A stretch of DNA of 63,693 nt, filler included, from Phoronis australis (lineage: Eukaryota > Animalia > Phoronida), in NCBI GenBank assembly GCA_002633005.1. It is 11 parts of 11 records of this genome, joined end to end, with 100 filler letters (N's around TTAATTAATTAA, not from the genome) between each part and the next. Parts side by side here need not be neighbours in the genome. Positions count along the whole stretch, not along the records: positions 33,804 to 39,387 come from NMRA01002312.1; positions 39,488 to 57,545 come from NMRA01000907.1; 9 more parts are not named here. The stretch is one strand, 5' to 3'. The notes below the pieces were generated by a model, which was given only the letters and a program-made list of their open reading frames with translations, made no database searches and was not told where the DNA came from. Of the stretch, positions 37,385-50,350 are shown in pieces. How positions within the stretch are numbered: position 1 is the first letter of the stretch; each line of letters begins with the position of its first letter. Both the position numbers and the translations under genes were made by a program.

Positions 37385-40300
37385 AGAAAGAGTAAAAACT
37401 TTTTAATGAGGCATCATTAATTTTGGAAGCGACAGGCCTGATGAATTATATACGCGACAGAAGCCGGAGGTACTGAAATTAAGCTGACGGAGTGACGTCA
37501 CCCAGGCCTTTGAGCCGACCGACTGACGTCACCAAGGCCAGGACGAAATTGGCCACCCTCCCTCTGCGTCCGCAAAAAACGGCCCGCGAGAAAGAAATAG
37601 AACACCTCGAATCCAAATAGGAGGCCGGTGCAATACCTGGAACCAAGGCGGTACCGAAATGGGCGCAACGAAGGTCTGTAGTGGAGCGGGGGGAGACGGA
37701 GTTTGTGCAAACGACGCATTGTATATAATAGACGCCCATTACTGTCACCAATCGTCTTATTCTTTGTTGGTTTTTACCCAGAACTGTATTTTTGCTCATT
37801 CGGGCCTTGCAACGACCACAGGTAACATTGATTTTCAACGTGTAAGCAATCTTGTGTTCCATGTTCTGCTTCTGGAACGTGCCTGTAAATACTTATTTAC
37901 ATACACTGTACAGGTTACGTCTCTATGAAACTCATTAATATTTAAAGATAAACAAGTAGCGGAAACGCTTCACCTTCCCGCTGTTATGCCTCCGCCAGGT
38001 CTAGCCAGCCGGTCAAAACTTGGTTAGACTTGTAAATAAAGTTATAATGGCATAGTCATGTTACAAACAAGCAACACATATCACAATCCCCTGAAACTAT
38101 CACTGGTCAATGGTTGGGCGTTGCCAGATATAGAATTAAAATTAACAAAAGTTATTAGCGTCTTAAGGTATTATTCGCTTTAAACTCGTGCCTTATGATA
38201 ATGAGGTAGGTAAGTAGGTCATTTTAAATCATTAAGTAAGCACTACCTTCATTGGTTACTCTCTTGCTAATATGGTTTACACTAGCTAATGAAAAGCAAG
38301 ATAACATACAGAGAGCAAATTCCTGTATGTCTACAGGTACTTCCATTCTACTTTCACTGACTTCGACTGATGTGACTACAGGGTATTTGTTTAAATTGGT
38401 CTTTGTTTGAATTGGCAAAATTGTCAGTAAAATACACACGAATTCCGTTACAAATGTTTAAAGTCTTGTTATAATTCAGCGTTGCAGTATTAAATATATC
38501 TTTAATTCAAAGTTCACGAGCGAGAAGTGGTCAATGAAGGTGTCGTTTGATTAGTACATGTATGCAATGATTCAATACGATTCGCATTGCGATATGTTAA
38601 TAAACTTGTGTCTTCTGATTTCACGGCAATTATATTTTCATTTAGTCTCGTGACTGTCCTGCACCTCAAGTTATCATCCGTTACCAATTAGCCACGAATT
38701 TGCTGATGGTATCCCAACCAAAACAACGTGTATAATAATATGATCGTATGTCGTAACGAGGTCGAAAAAAGCTTATGCAAACAGTTAGAATTCCCCAATA
38801 CATTACAAACATGAAGTTTTTTTAATAGTTGTCTAACAAGTTTGTTNCATCTGTGCCAATGCAAAGATTTAATTTGTGATATCTAAACTGTTCATTCTTG
38901 TCTAGACTGCCCGTATTGCACGCTAGGTCTGGGTTGCATAAAACTTCAAAATTATTCGCTGGATAAGTTTGATTGTTGCGTGACGTCAGGTGCATTGTTC
39001 AACAATAACAACGTGGCGCGTGATAATGCGATGTCATTGTTGCTATGATGCAGTGTATAACTTTTATGGAGTTGGGTCCTGAATCAGAATTTGGATCATG
39101 CAGTACACACCATCATGCTCTCACATCATTGAAGAATTGTACGTTGAATGTTCCCAATTTTTTTATTTTTAGTTCCTGTTCCTGTTACAAGCTGTTGTGT
39201 GTTACTCTATCTGCTTTACTAGAACTTTGCCTGTTATTCTACTCAAAACTTAGTCTATGTTAGTTATCGTTAATTGAAAGCATTGTTCTAGGATGACTGC
39301 ATTGTGGTGCCATCTAGGGCCAACATGTACGTGCAGATCGTGGAGTCTGACCTAGTGTGGCGGTGGAACAAGCTGCATCCAATCACANNNNNNNNNNNNN
39401 NNNNNNNNNNNNNNNNNNNNNNNNNNNNNNNTTAATTAATTAANNNNNNNNNNNNNNNNNNNNNNNNNNNNNNNNNNNNNNNNNNNNCGGTTTGGAACCC
39501 GTATCCGGACGCGGCCTAGCCGCGTTCGATAGGACGTTGGATTCGATCAGCACTGTACATGTAAAATATAGAATTGATTGTTTGGTTTTATCTGGCTAGA
39601 CACGCGTGTCTGTCGCTGGGCAGATCCATGCCACGGGCAGTTCAACATGGCCGTGGTGGATTACACGGCTAGAACTCTCCTTTGTCCCGGAGATAAGAAA
39701 GCCCGTGACCTCGTTTGGGGAATCAGACATATTTTGTGTTTCTCATTCAAACTGGGAAGGCGAAGAATTTCAAATTCCGTATCCAAGGGTATTTGTCCTG
39801 TTTAACAAACTTTCTCACGTCGGAGTTGCAGCCCCCAGAGTAGCAGTAATACTTCGTTGGCTTTGGAAGCTCGATTAGACAAATGCAACCGAGAGAAACT
39901 TTTAGAAAATCAGACAACAACAAATAACATGTGAAACTCCAATGACACGAAAAATAGGTAGCAAATATGCTATTCGGATATTTATAGCATTGTGGTGAAT
40001 ACATGTACAGGGAGATCTTAGTGTCGCTGTGTAATCCGGGACTGCCCTTTTTCTTAGCGTTTAGCTCTGGAGGTCAGTGCTGTATTGGTGGAATTAGAGT
40101 TCAGTGTGCGCCCAGATGCCGGTGATTTGATCATTTACATGTATATATGCTAAAAATAATATGTTACTTAACAAAGGGCTGGATTGGTCATCAGACTATT
40201 TCCCATATCATCCGTCTTATTGCACCTTAGTAATCTTTACACAGGTGATTGAAGTTAACTGTTGAGGCTCAAATGAAGTTACCAATAGGTTATAGGTCAT

Positions 40301-43300
40301 TAGTAGGAGCAGTCTCTAGTAGATCACCGGTTATGAGCGCGAGCGCCCTCAAGGAACGGGGGACTGTACCTTCGGACAATTTGTCATTTTTGTTTCTGAA
40401 CACTGTCATTGCCTGTACCTGTAAGGATAGTGTCAGTAATGAGCTTTCATACCGTGACCTTACCTTTACAAGAGCATAGCTGAGCGAACTTTTGATATTC
40501 TTGTTGAAAAGGCTCTTGGTATACTTGGCTTGTTGAATGTTGACACACTGATGATGCTTCACGGCATACATGTATGTACACGAGCATTGTCCAGAGATTG
40601 CTCTACTTTTAAACTACTTAAAGCAACATTACACATGTGCATCCTAACAATAAATGTGTTTTGACTTAGGCTACTTTCACGGTGCGATCTCAATTTCATG
40701 AGCTTGGTCTTTTCGACCACAGAAATCATTTCTAGACTAAATAAGAAAGAATATAACACCAATTTTAATGTTAAGTAGACTAAGCTAAATCCTGTTTTTT
40801 ACAGAAAGCAAAGGTTTAATGCTGGCTTCAAAAAACCATTTAAATCAAAGATGAACTGTAGGTTGCACTGAACGCTGTTCAGCATAATTATGCAGTTGCC
40901 ACGATTTCAGGTTACAAAAACATGTATTGTAGAGTTTCTAGGATGAGATCCGTAGACGCAAGAATATGCCGAAGGAATGTAGTGAGACCACGAGCTTCGT
41001 TTTTAATACACTGTGGTATCTCGCGAAGTCTTGCGCGTTCTTTCGTTTTCATGGGGTTTGCACGTCTACGGATTCCAAGGTAAGACATTGTTTATCTCAT
41101 TTCCTGATCTGCGAACCAATTCAGTCGAGCTTGCTTCTAAGCTGCAGCCTGGGTAACCAGTGATAATTTATTGATAATGCACTTCTAATTATGTTTAACT
41201 CAGTTTGACGCAGTGACATATCAGACATATCAGTGGACGTGCACACAATTGTTTTCACTAGATTTTCATTTCTAACAGCTGTCTGCAGAAAATTCTGACA
41301 ACATAAGGCCATTGGTGGTCAGACTTTAAGGTTACAAGTACCCCTAATTGTTAAGCTGTATCTAATTAACTAGCCCCTGGCAACCTGTGAAAGACATATT
41401 GTTTGAAAGTTACAGTGTAAAAGAGTTCATCTATGTCATCCACAACACTGTTGCATTACTTTGGTGCCATTAGTCGGCATTTTGGGTGAAAAAATCTTTT
41501 GAAAGGTACATGTATATTTATATCGAAGTAATCCTGTATCATTAAGACTTTGTACAACAGACCTTTGGCAAATTTGCTCAAAAGCAATGTCTGAGATTTT
41601 GAATGAAAGAAAATGTTTACTTTCTAATCTGAAAAATATGCTTATTTACAATCACTTTTTCAAAAATACCGTGACTCTTAATGTAAAAAACATAGCGAAC
41701 CAATCTAAGCTCTAATAAAAAATCTGAGACACGGTTTTTCTATTGATTGGTGGTGCTGTCTGCTCTTTACCAAGAAAACGTGGTTCTAAGTTACCAGGTT
41801 GACCAAACAAATAAAAGCGCCGTTTTGTCTGAAGCCCACTCACCATTTTGCACTCGTATGTGTATGATTAAATTGTCCTTGGTAGCTGACACCGTGTATC
41901 TGTATGTGCCAAAGGTCAGATGTCAGGAGGTGAAAGAGCAGTGTATTTGTGTGAAGTTGGCATCAGAAGATGTTACTGTTTTTAAGTTTGTTTTTTTGTG
42001 TCGGACCCTCTGTCCACCAAACCATTCTAATGGTGATTGTGTTAATTGGCATGCACCGTTCGGACTGGTGTGTTGCTAATGCAAAGGGGATGGATGACAA
42101 TTATTTTCTGACAATCTTGACTACTGTGGCATGTTTTTTTACAACCATGGCTGTACCTCCTAAACACTTTGCAGTTTTTTATTAAATTGAGCATGTGTAT
42201 TTGTATGAAGTTGACAACGAACGACAACGACTTTCAGATGGATCCGACAAACAAATTGTGCTTTCCTAGTGTCAATTTTTTTGTGTTCTCCTCTACTTCT
42301 CTGAAGCTGTTTATTGGATTTTTATGAAATTTTGTAAATATCTTTCTCTTGAAACAATGACATGTTTCTGTTTACAGATTGGTTCAACATATTTTGCGCC
42401 ATCTAGAGGTCATTTTTCTGTTTTTTGGCAATCGCTTTTCTATCAACCAAACCACTCTCAGTCCAAGGATGATTGTGAAAATTGGCATATGTGTTTTTGG
42501 TATGAAGTGGACGGTCGACGAAGATTTTCCAACGGCTTCAAATATTGTGGCGCCTCCTAGTGGCAGTTATGTTTTGCGCCCATAGCCACCTAGTGCAATT
42601 TCATTTTCTTCCGTTTTCCTCGATTTCTGATAAGTTCTTTGACGGATTTGTATGGACCTATACCTGGAAAGATTTGATATAGTTTGCACCATCTAGTGGC
42701 CATTGTCATGAAACAAATATACACCCCTAGTAGCACATCGTTTGCCGTGCATTCATGGGTGCATTTCAACGCCCGATGCTCTTTATAACAGGAGAAATAA
42801 CACTATGAACGAAGTGTCTGGAACGACAGGTAAAAAAGCATCAAATGCGTCAACCTGCTTTACTTTCCTACTACTGTCTTTCATTAATCAGCGCGTAAGC
42901 TTAATATTTGTTTACTTATCCAGTGCATGTGATAGAAAACCATCGTCATTTTATCTGAACTCCTTTTAGAACAAGCTGGATCCTTCTTCGTACGATACAT
43001 ATTAATCAATATGTGAATAAAGATACGTCATTCCTCGTTTTTGGCTTTTTCGTTTGATGTTTTTTTTATTTGTTCACGAGTGTATTGTTAGCTAACCTTT
43101 TGCCTTTTTTAATTAAACATGTTACAACCTGTTTGCTGGTCTTTTTGTGGTGTGACATTTTCACTTTTGCGTCCCTACCAAAATGTTAAATTGTAATTCC
43201 CGAACCAATTATTGAGGATAGGATCCCAGTATACCCCGGATTCTGATAGGACCTATTGAATTTAGTTTCTGAGTTTCTGTTTAATTCCCATACTGGAGTC

Positions 43301-44452
43301 CCTATTAGAAACTCACTACGATACTATCGAATTTTGTACAAATTTCTAGAGGACATCCTTTTGGATTCTCAAGGAATTCCTTTAGAAACGTACTAAATAG
43401 TAGCCGACTAGGAAAAGCTTGCAGTTGGAAAATAAGCAAAGTAATGAGAACTGTACCAATTTCGGACACAATGTGAAACAAGTTATGGACAACATTAATT
43501 AGTAGTTTCCATGTTCACGTTTGGTACCCCACCTGCACGTACCGCCAGGTAAAGTTTTAAAGAATTGAGGGCATTCACAACAATGTGAGAACCCGTTGAA
43601 AAATGAAGAAAGGGGTTTTAGGAATTTACCGAATTTGGTGGGAGTTTACTGTACATTAAAATGTGTTGAATGGGCGTGCCCCAGACGCTGTTTGTTAGTT
43701 CAATAGCATAAGCCCTTGTAACATAGAAACCTGAGCCTAAATGACATCTCATGTGAAAACGAGAAATGAATAGACGAGGCGAGATTTCTCTATAGGAACT
43801 CGTTGACTACTTGACCTCGAATTTTATGACGTACATGTAGGAAACGCAATAGTAATGCAGACGTCGGGAGTATCATTTACTTACAATTTCAAGTATTTTT
43901 CATTCATGGTATTGTTCCTTTGCACTGTTTTTTTCTTGGCCTCAAAACCTTAGGATTAGGACTAGAGTGGAACAAATGGTTACACATGTAATTTGTCAAA
44001 TATGAAAGAAATATATCTTGGCGGCGTACAAATGTTACAAAAGCGACTACGTCTCACCTATGCTTCAGTGGAAATGTTCATACTTGTGCTCCAACCATTC
44101 TAGTGTGTCGCTTGCATGAAAAATCTAAAGCGTTCCTTGACATGATTCTCCGGGGTATTGTTATAGTTCAAAATAGATTTGTGCCTCATGGATCAGTTGT
44201 TCCCTGTAAACTTGACTGTGTCACCGTATGTAAACTTTTGAAACCATAAACTCTCAATTTTTCACGCCATTCACGGTCAATACAGACGCAACCGGCAAGC
44301 TCATCTAATACAAATTCTGTTCGTCCATTTTCATGTGACGTTATCGTGTACATTACACCGTCGTAGAGAAACAAGAAATACATAGAATGAGCGTGACGCA
44401 ACCATAGGTTTACTGAGTTATGTCTCTTGCAAAAAATATCTCCTTAGTTTAA

Positions 44453-46380
44453 AGGAAAATGCCACCCGATTTAATTAGTCTTTTTTGCCGTCTTAATCGG
44501 TCTATATCCACATCGCCTCGCATACGGTCGAACTTACCTTGCCAAGAGGTGTCGTGTTAACCTGTGACGAAGGTGAGAAATGACGCTAGCGACGTCAGTG
44601 GTTTACATGTATATGCAGAGTGAATGCCGCTATGTTGCGGTGCATCGTTCCCGCTTGTCCGAATTATGCAGCTGCGAGTAAAGCGGGTATATAGTTTTTC
44701 TTTACTTCCTCGAGAGTCCGAAATGCTTAGAAAGTGGCTCATGGCAGTGAAGAATGAAATGTACGCTGTAAATAGCAAGTATGAGGCCGTGAAACATCTC
44801 CGTGTCTGTGGCCTGCAGACGTCGATCGACAGTGCCTGACAAATGCCGGCTAACCAAATAACTCCATACGTTCCGTTGTCTGAGCTTGTTTCTTTTTTCA
44901 CTGTGATATATATTTATTGAAGGATACACAGAACATACAAAGAAATAATAACAAACCCAGAAACTGCGAAGCATTATATCTGGGTTGTAAACAATTCATA
45001 AATGAAACTTTTATACATAGAGGTATATACAATTAAGTAGTATCTAAAATAAGTATTCCAATACTTAGACATGCTATTATAGATATATAGCTTGTTCACG
45101 GTGCCTCTCTAGTATTTGTTCATCACTGTATTCCTGTTGGAATTAATAGCCTGTAAAACTTAACGATCCACCTGCGAAGTCGTGACTGATGAACTCTAGC
45201 TCGTCCTAAGTCGGGATTGCAAGTTGCCATGTTAGCGTTTATTACTGAGCGTTCTGTTTCAAAATGAATTATTCTCACCGTAACCAATACTTATATAAAA
45301 CTCAAACAAAGTCAGTCTCATTAGATGAAATTTGTAATGCCCTTGGAGTGTTCGTGAGTGCAAATGATTTGAGAAGCCAGCAATGAATAAATCACTGTGT
45401 TACCGGCTTTAGGTGCAATAAAACTAATTCATGATTGACGGGACACCGAGGCCGTATGAGCTCATGATAATTTAGTGTTTGCTGGCAGAAACTGTTGTGA
45501 AACAACTCGATTTCCATCCCAAGGCCAGGTGTTAGGGGAATCTTTATTTACATTTAAAATACTAAAATAATGATTGTCAATGTACAACTTCTGCCCTCAG
45601 GTGCTGTGGCCAAAGCGGAACAGAATTCGCGGGCCCCTACGAGTAGGTAGATTTGCACTTCCGTGGCTATTTCACCAACATAATCACGTGAACATTACTT
45701 TGGCTCACTAATATAGTATTTTCTTGCCTGGAAGTTTAGTTTCCACTGAACTTTGGCTGGTTTTTGTTCGTGAGGTTTGTTCAGTTTCCGAGCCACTGAC
45801 CGGGATAACGGCGGAGTCAATCCGGCCGGCTGCGACGGGTCTGATCAGGCTCCAAGTCATTGGCCAGGATAACAAGCGTTTTGTGTTTAGAACTCAAAAA
45901 TAACAAGTCTAAACAACACAGATCTACGTTCTCCTGTCTGTATCTCACGGAAACTACTTCGAGATTATCTCCAAACAGACCCCATGCAAACTCCTGCTAC
46001 GGAGTTGGCCTGCCGAAGTTTGTAGGCTAAGGTGTGTCCAAATACCAATAAATCCGTAAGAGCGAAATGAAACAACACGTTTTTATAAGAACTCGGTGTA
46101 TTTTCAAGGGTTTTAATACGAAGTTTGATGATTTATTAGTGTTAAACGATGACTTCAAGCGATAAGCTGACACCAGTAACCCGTGTTGTGAACTGCTGAA
46201 CAGACTGCGTGTGAAACCGATGACGTCATTGGATAATTTTAACAATGACGTCTTTGTACAATTTGATCACCTCCGTCTGCCGTCAGGTGTCAGGTATCGC
46301 AACCGTATGTGTCGTTATGGAGTAGAACTACTCGATCTAAACTGATACAAATTAGGTTGTTTTTTGGGTGGCATGCTCCT
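44453..46380 (+). mobile_element. Non-autonomous Kolobok-like DNA transposon
   Basis: TTAA at 44449-44452 and 46381-46384; TIR AGGAAAATGCCACCC / GGGTGGCATGCTCCT; CATACGGT at a similar subterminal distance from both ends; THAP remnant inside. Confidence 0.75.
44632..44820 (+). pseudogene. THAP zinc-finger domain, frameshifted and truncated
   Basis: MLRCIVPACPNY..GI (frameshift) SFSLLPRESEMLRKWLMAVK...HLRVCGLQ retains the C2, P, W and C residues of THAP; the final His/Phe is lost. Confidence 0.8.
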
Positions 46381-46720
46381 TTAATGGCGATAGCCTGGAT
46401 GCTGGTGACGAGTAAACAAAACCCCTGGTTGCCGTACAGGCTGAACACGTTAAGAGTGTGTTTGTTCAAAATACTACTTTTATTTAGCAGAACGATCATA
46501 TATGATCAAAACCGAGAAATCTAGTCAGTGAGGGTTATAGAATTATTTTGAAAACCGTTGGACTTCTTGGCCATAAGATTGGTAATGTGGTGGTAAAACA
46601 TCGATCACTTTGCGTATATCCAGTTTTGGCTGCAACCTGCTCCTGCGCAAAGTTAGGAAGGTATTGTCATTGCGCCCATTACCACAGCTCTAACCCAACA
46701 ATATGCAATAGTGTTACCAG

Positions 46721-47154
46721 TGTTACTGTAGTAGAAACGAAAATAACTTTTCAGTTAAACTGATCAAAATTAACATCTATTTACATATTTACAAACATGT
46801 TGTCAAGTTACACAAAACTTGGGACGAAGACAGGGTCGAACGTCATCACCAACAGTCCAGCACTTGAAACCTTTGGCATCTTTAGTCTTCATCACCAAAC
46901 CGTCCTCACGAGTTCCGCAGACTCCACCAAAATAACACAGTCAATCTCTATGCACTAGACGCTTCTGTCCACACCGCTGTAAAGGCTCACCACATTAGCA
47001 AATAACGCTCAGTACTTTGAAATTATGTAAACAAAACATAAGAAAGTACAGCCTCAGTGTTCAGAAAACAACTCACCTGCTCACGATCGCCGACCAGCTA
47101 CAGGTAGAACTCTTCGATAAATTCAAAACTGCCCCCTAGCGGGAATACCTAACA
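46721..47154 (-). mobile_element. Solo LTR (434 bp)
   Basis: Termini TGTTA...TAACA flanked by the 4-bp direct repeat CCAG (46717-46720, 47155-47158); orientation inferred. Confidence 0.65.
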
Positions 47155-49328
47155 CCAGTCTCTAATGAATGATTTAGGACAGCACTTTGGTTAATCTTGG
47201 AATGTTCTTTAACTCCTACACAAAACAAGTAACAGAACTTTTAACGAACCAATGGTTGAGTGAAAATTATTGCCTTTGCACCAACAAAAAGATCCACCAT
47301 CCCACAATTCATCTACACCTATTCAAGTTTGAACTTTTATTTTTGACTATATTTGCTCTGTATAAGACACTTTTAACATTCCAATTCCCTCCATATATGT
47401 AAGTGGAATAACCAATATTTATGATAACTGTGAGTTGTTTTATCGAAATACGCGATATGCAAGCCTATTTATACGACAGTTTGCATATGGAGAGCTGAAC
47501 AATTGACAAGTACTGTTCAATGTACGCGGTCAGCAACAGAATGTATTGGATTGGATTTTTACAAGATAACGTTTTCGTATTTTAAACTTTATTGCACGGT
47601 TACATGTAAATTCTGTCCAGAAATCGAATTATCAAAAAAGCATTTGGGCAACAGGTAAACATTGCATGAAATTATTATTACAGAAACAATTGGCATTAAT
47701 CAGTTACACACATGCGCGGGCGCCCACAAACACACACACGCACACATACACACACGTTAAGCTACGCAAATACGAGTAGTTTTTCGAAAATCTTGTTAAC
47801 GCACCTGCTGTTAGGCAAAGCGTTTCATTTATAGTTGCAGAACAAACACTCAGGAACAAAATGTCACATCTTTCCGTAAAACCTAATTTAAGCAACCACT
47901 CCAAGCATGCTATTTGATAGCTTGGCGAAAGTGGTTCTAAGACTGGAGGCAAAAAGACATCAGAGGCCAGACTTATTCCCGGTATCCGGGCAAATGGCCA
48001 CGGGTCTGTGCATACAAATACTGGCGAAGGTAATTGTCGTTTTTATTATTAATTGTGCCGAGAAATCCATAGTTGTTTAGAACAGTAGCTCAGTAGACTC
48101 ACTTGTTGAGCAAATATATCAAAATGAAAATTGAGCAATGTACTTATGATTGATTTGATGACTACAACACTCGGTCAAAACTGAGTCGACCAGACAACCG
48201 GAAATTCACAGTGCAAAATCTACGACTTGTCTCAGGGTCGCACGCTCTAGTAAAACCAAAGAAGTTACTGTCTCTGATAATGGATTACATTGGTCATGTG
48301 GGGTAGATGACTTTCCATGGCTAGAGTTCGATGATATTTATTAGTAAATATCGGGGACCGCCTATTTCTGTCAAAGATCGTCTGATTATAAATCCTTATG
48401 TTCGTTAAAATTAAAAATCAAAACCTGTAAAATCAACGTTTCAATTCCAGAAAGCTAACCTGAAACGATAAATACAAGGATCCACAAATTTACAAACCAT
48501 TTCAATTCAAAGCCTTAATTCGGTGCATACAATCACAAGTTACTCCTGTCAGCAGTCAGTAGGGCATAGGTTGATCAACGATATCGAAATCCAAAGAATA
48601 AAAAAACAACTTCCTCGCGCTGTGGTTGTATAGCGTAGAGGCGCGTTCCCTTGGTGATACCTAGGAGAAGCCCTTCCAGACGAAAGTTGCACCGAATAAT
48701 ACGGAAAAAGGTGCCGTGAACTAACTCCACCTAGGAAAATGAAAAACTCTGATTCCAAACCCGGGTACATGGAGCTCGCTAGCATTGGAAGGCAGTTTAT
48801 CCAGGAGAAAGAAAACTCTGATTGCAAACACGAATAGGCAGTTCTCGTAGCCTTGGCAGGCAGTTTGTAAAACCAGGGGCAAAAGATGCTCCTTACCACC
48901 GAACAGCACATTCTCTACGAGAGGGAAACTCGGATAAAACACCAACGCTGAAGTCGTATACACTAGGCCCCTGTGGCGCGTAATGTCAATGCAAAGCACA
49001 TACGTCATCATGATGGTCTATGCAGATTTGACCGTTTGACGAACGAGAAGAAAAAGAAGAAAACCAACTTCATAAATTACATGAAAGCGTGTTCAAACAA
49101 CCCCGCAGCATCCAGGTACTCGAGGTACAGGTACTATCACGAGCCGTTTTTGCCATTAACTTTCACTTCATTTCCTATGGTTCGCAATGCATCTATCGGC
49201 TTGTACATGTATACTACGCCATTAAGTACATGTACGCACAACACGTCCATCTGGAAAGCGCGAGATTAATCTTGCTCCACAGGTAAATGTATTGATGGCA
49301 GTTTACCGAAAACATAAGCCAGTTTAAC

Positions 49329-50350
49329 CTAGCTAAACATCTTCAGCTGTGGAAACTGTTGATTCGGACTTCTACACTTGCCAACAGCCCACCACTTTTG
49401 AATGTTTCCATACGTTTTGCAGTTAAGATTCCCTTGGTGAATTTTGTTGCAGAGCTGACAAAAACTGGTCATGTATTTGTTTTCTTCGATACCTTTGGTA
49501 AAGTAATTTCGTTTCCAGTCAAAGTAGCTGTTAAACAACGTTTCGTTAACAGAAACCTTATGGATATATCGAGCCATCTCTTCTATCGATGCGTAGTCAG
49601 CCACGTTGATGTAGCTATTAGGCGGCAATATCTTAGAGTAGCTGGCACCTCCATAAACAATTGGTATTAAACCGTAAGGTTTGTAAGACTTGAAAAGTTT
49701 TTCAGTGGCATAATCGTCACACAGGCTGTTCTCAAAGGCTAAGTAAAACTTGTACTGTCCCGTAAGTTGTTCTTCGCAGTCTTTATTGCACGGCGCTTTA
49801 CTGCACGCACCAAAAATATCCACTTTCGTATATTTTTTAAGATGTGCAACGACCTCTTGTCGGCGACTTGGTGGACTGCAATTGCTAACTAACCAAAGGA
49901 TGTCTTTTGTCCTATTTTTGAATGAATTGTGAAGTTTTAGTAGCGTTCTTGGTCCTTGTCTCTTGATAAATCTTCCGTAGGGCACTGATATGTCGGAATC
50001 TGGGCGGTAGGTCATAGTATAATTGAACATGCCTGCGAAACGATTCAGGTTAGGAGTGTGAACTGGCGATTCCAGTAAGAAGAATACGACGTGTTGCCAT
50101 GGTTGTCGAGGACTCGGTAAAGTTGAAACCGGATTCCTTGGGTGTATTATAATCGCCTTGCTTTCATTAAATCGCGATTTCACATTTGTAATTTCACACG
50201 TCACGTTGCACTCTGGGAGATATTTGTTTTTTCCCACCCCTATGTTCCATTCAGCACTTGAAAAAAAATCCGTCCAAAAAAGAATTACCGGCGGCTTCGG
50301 TTTTCTTCTCGGTTTCATGAAAGTGTTCTTTTTCTGCTGATTGAAGATTT
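49329..50350 (-). CDS. Alpha-(1,3)-fucosyltransferase (GT10), catalytic terminal exon
   Basis: ILFWT, CEIT, LESP, FNYTMTYRPDSDI, WLVSNC, the alpha-1,3 motif YKFYLAFENSLCDDYATEKLF, IPIVYG, YINVADY. Acceptor TTTATTTCAG precedes 50350; no TM anchor in this exon. Confidence 0.95.
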
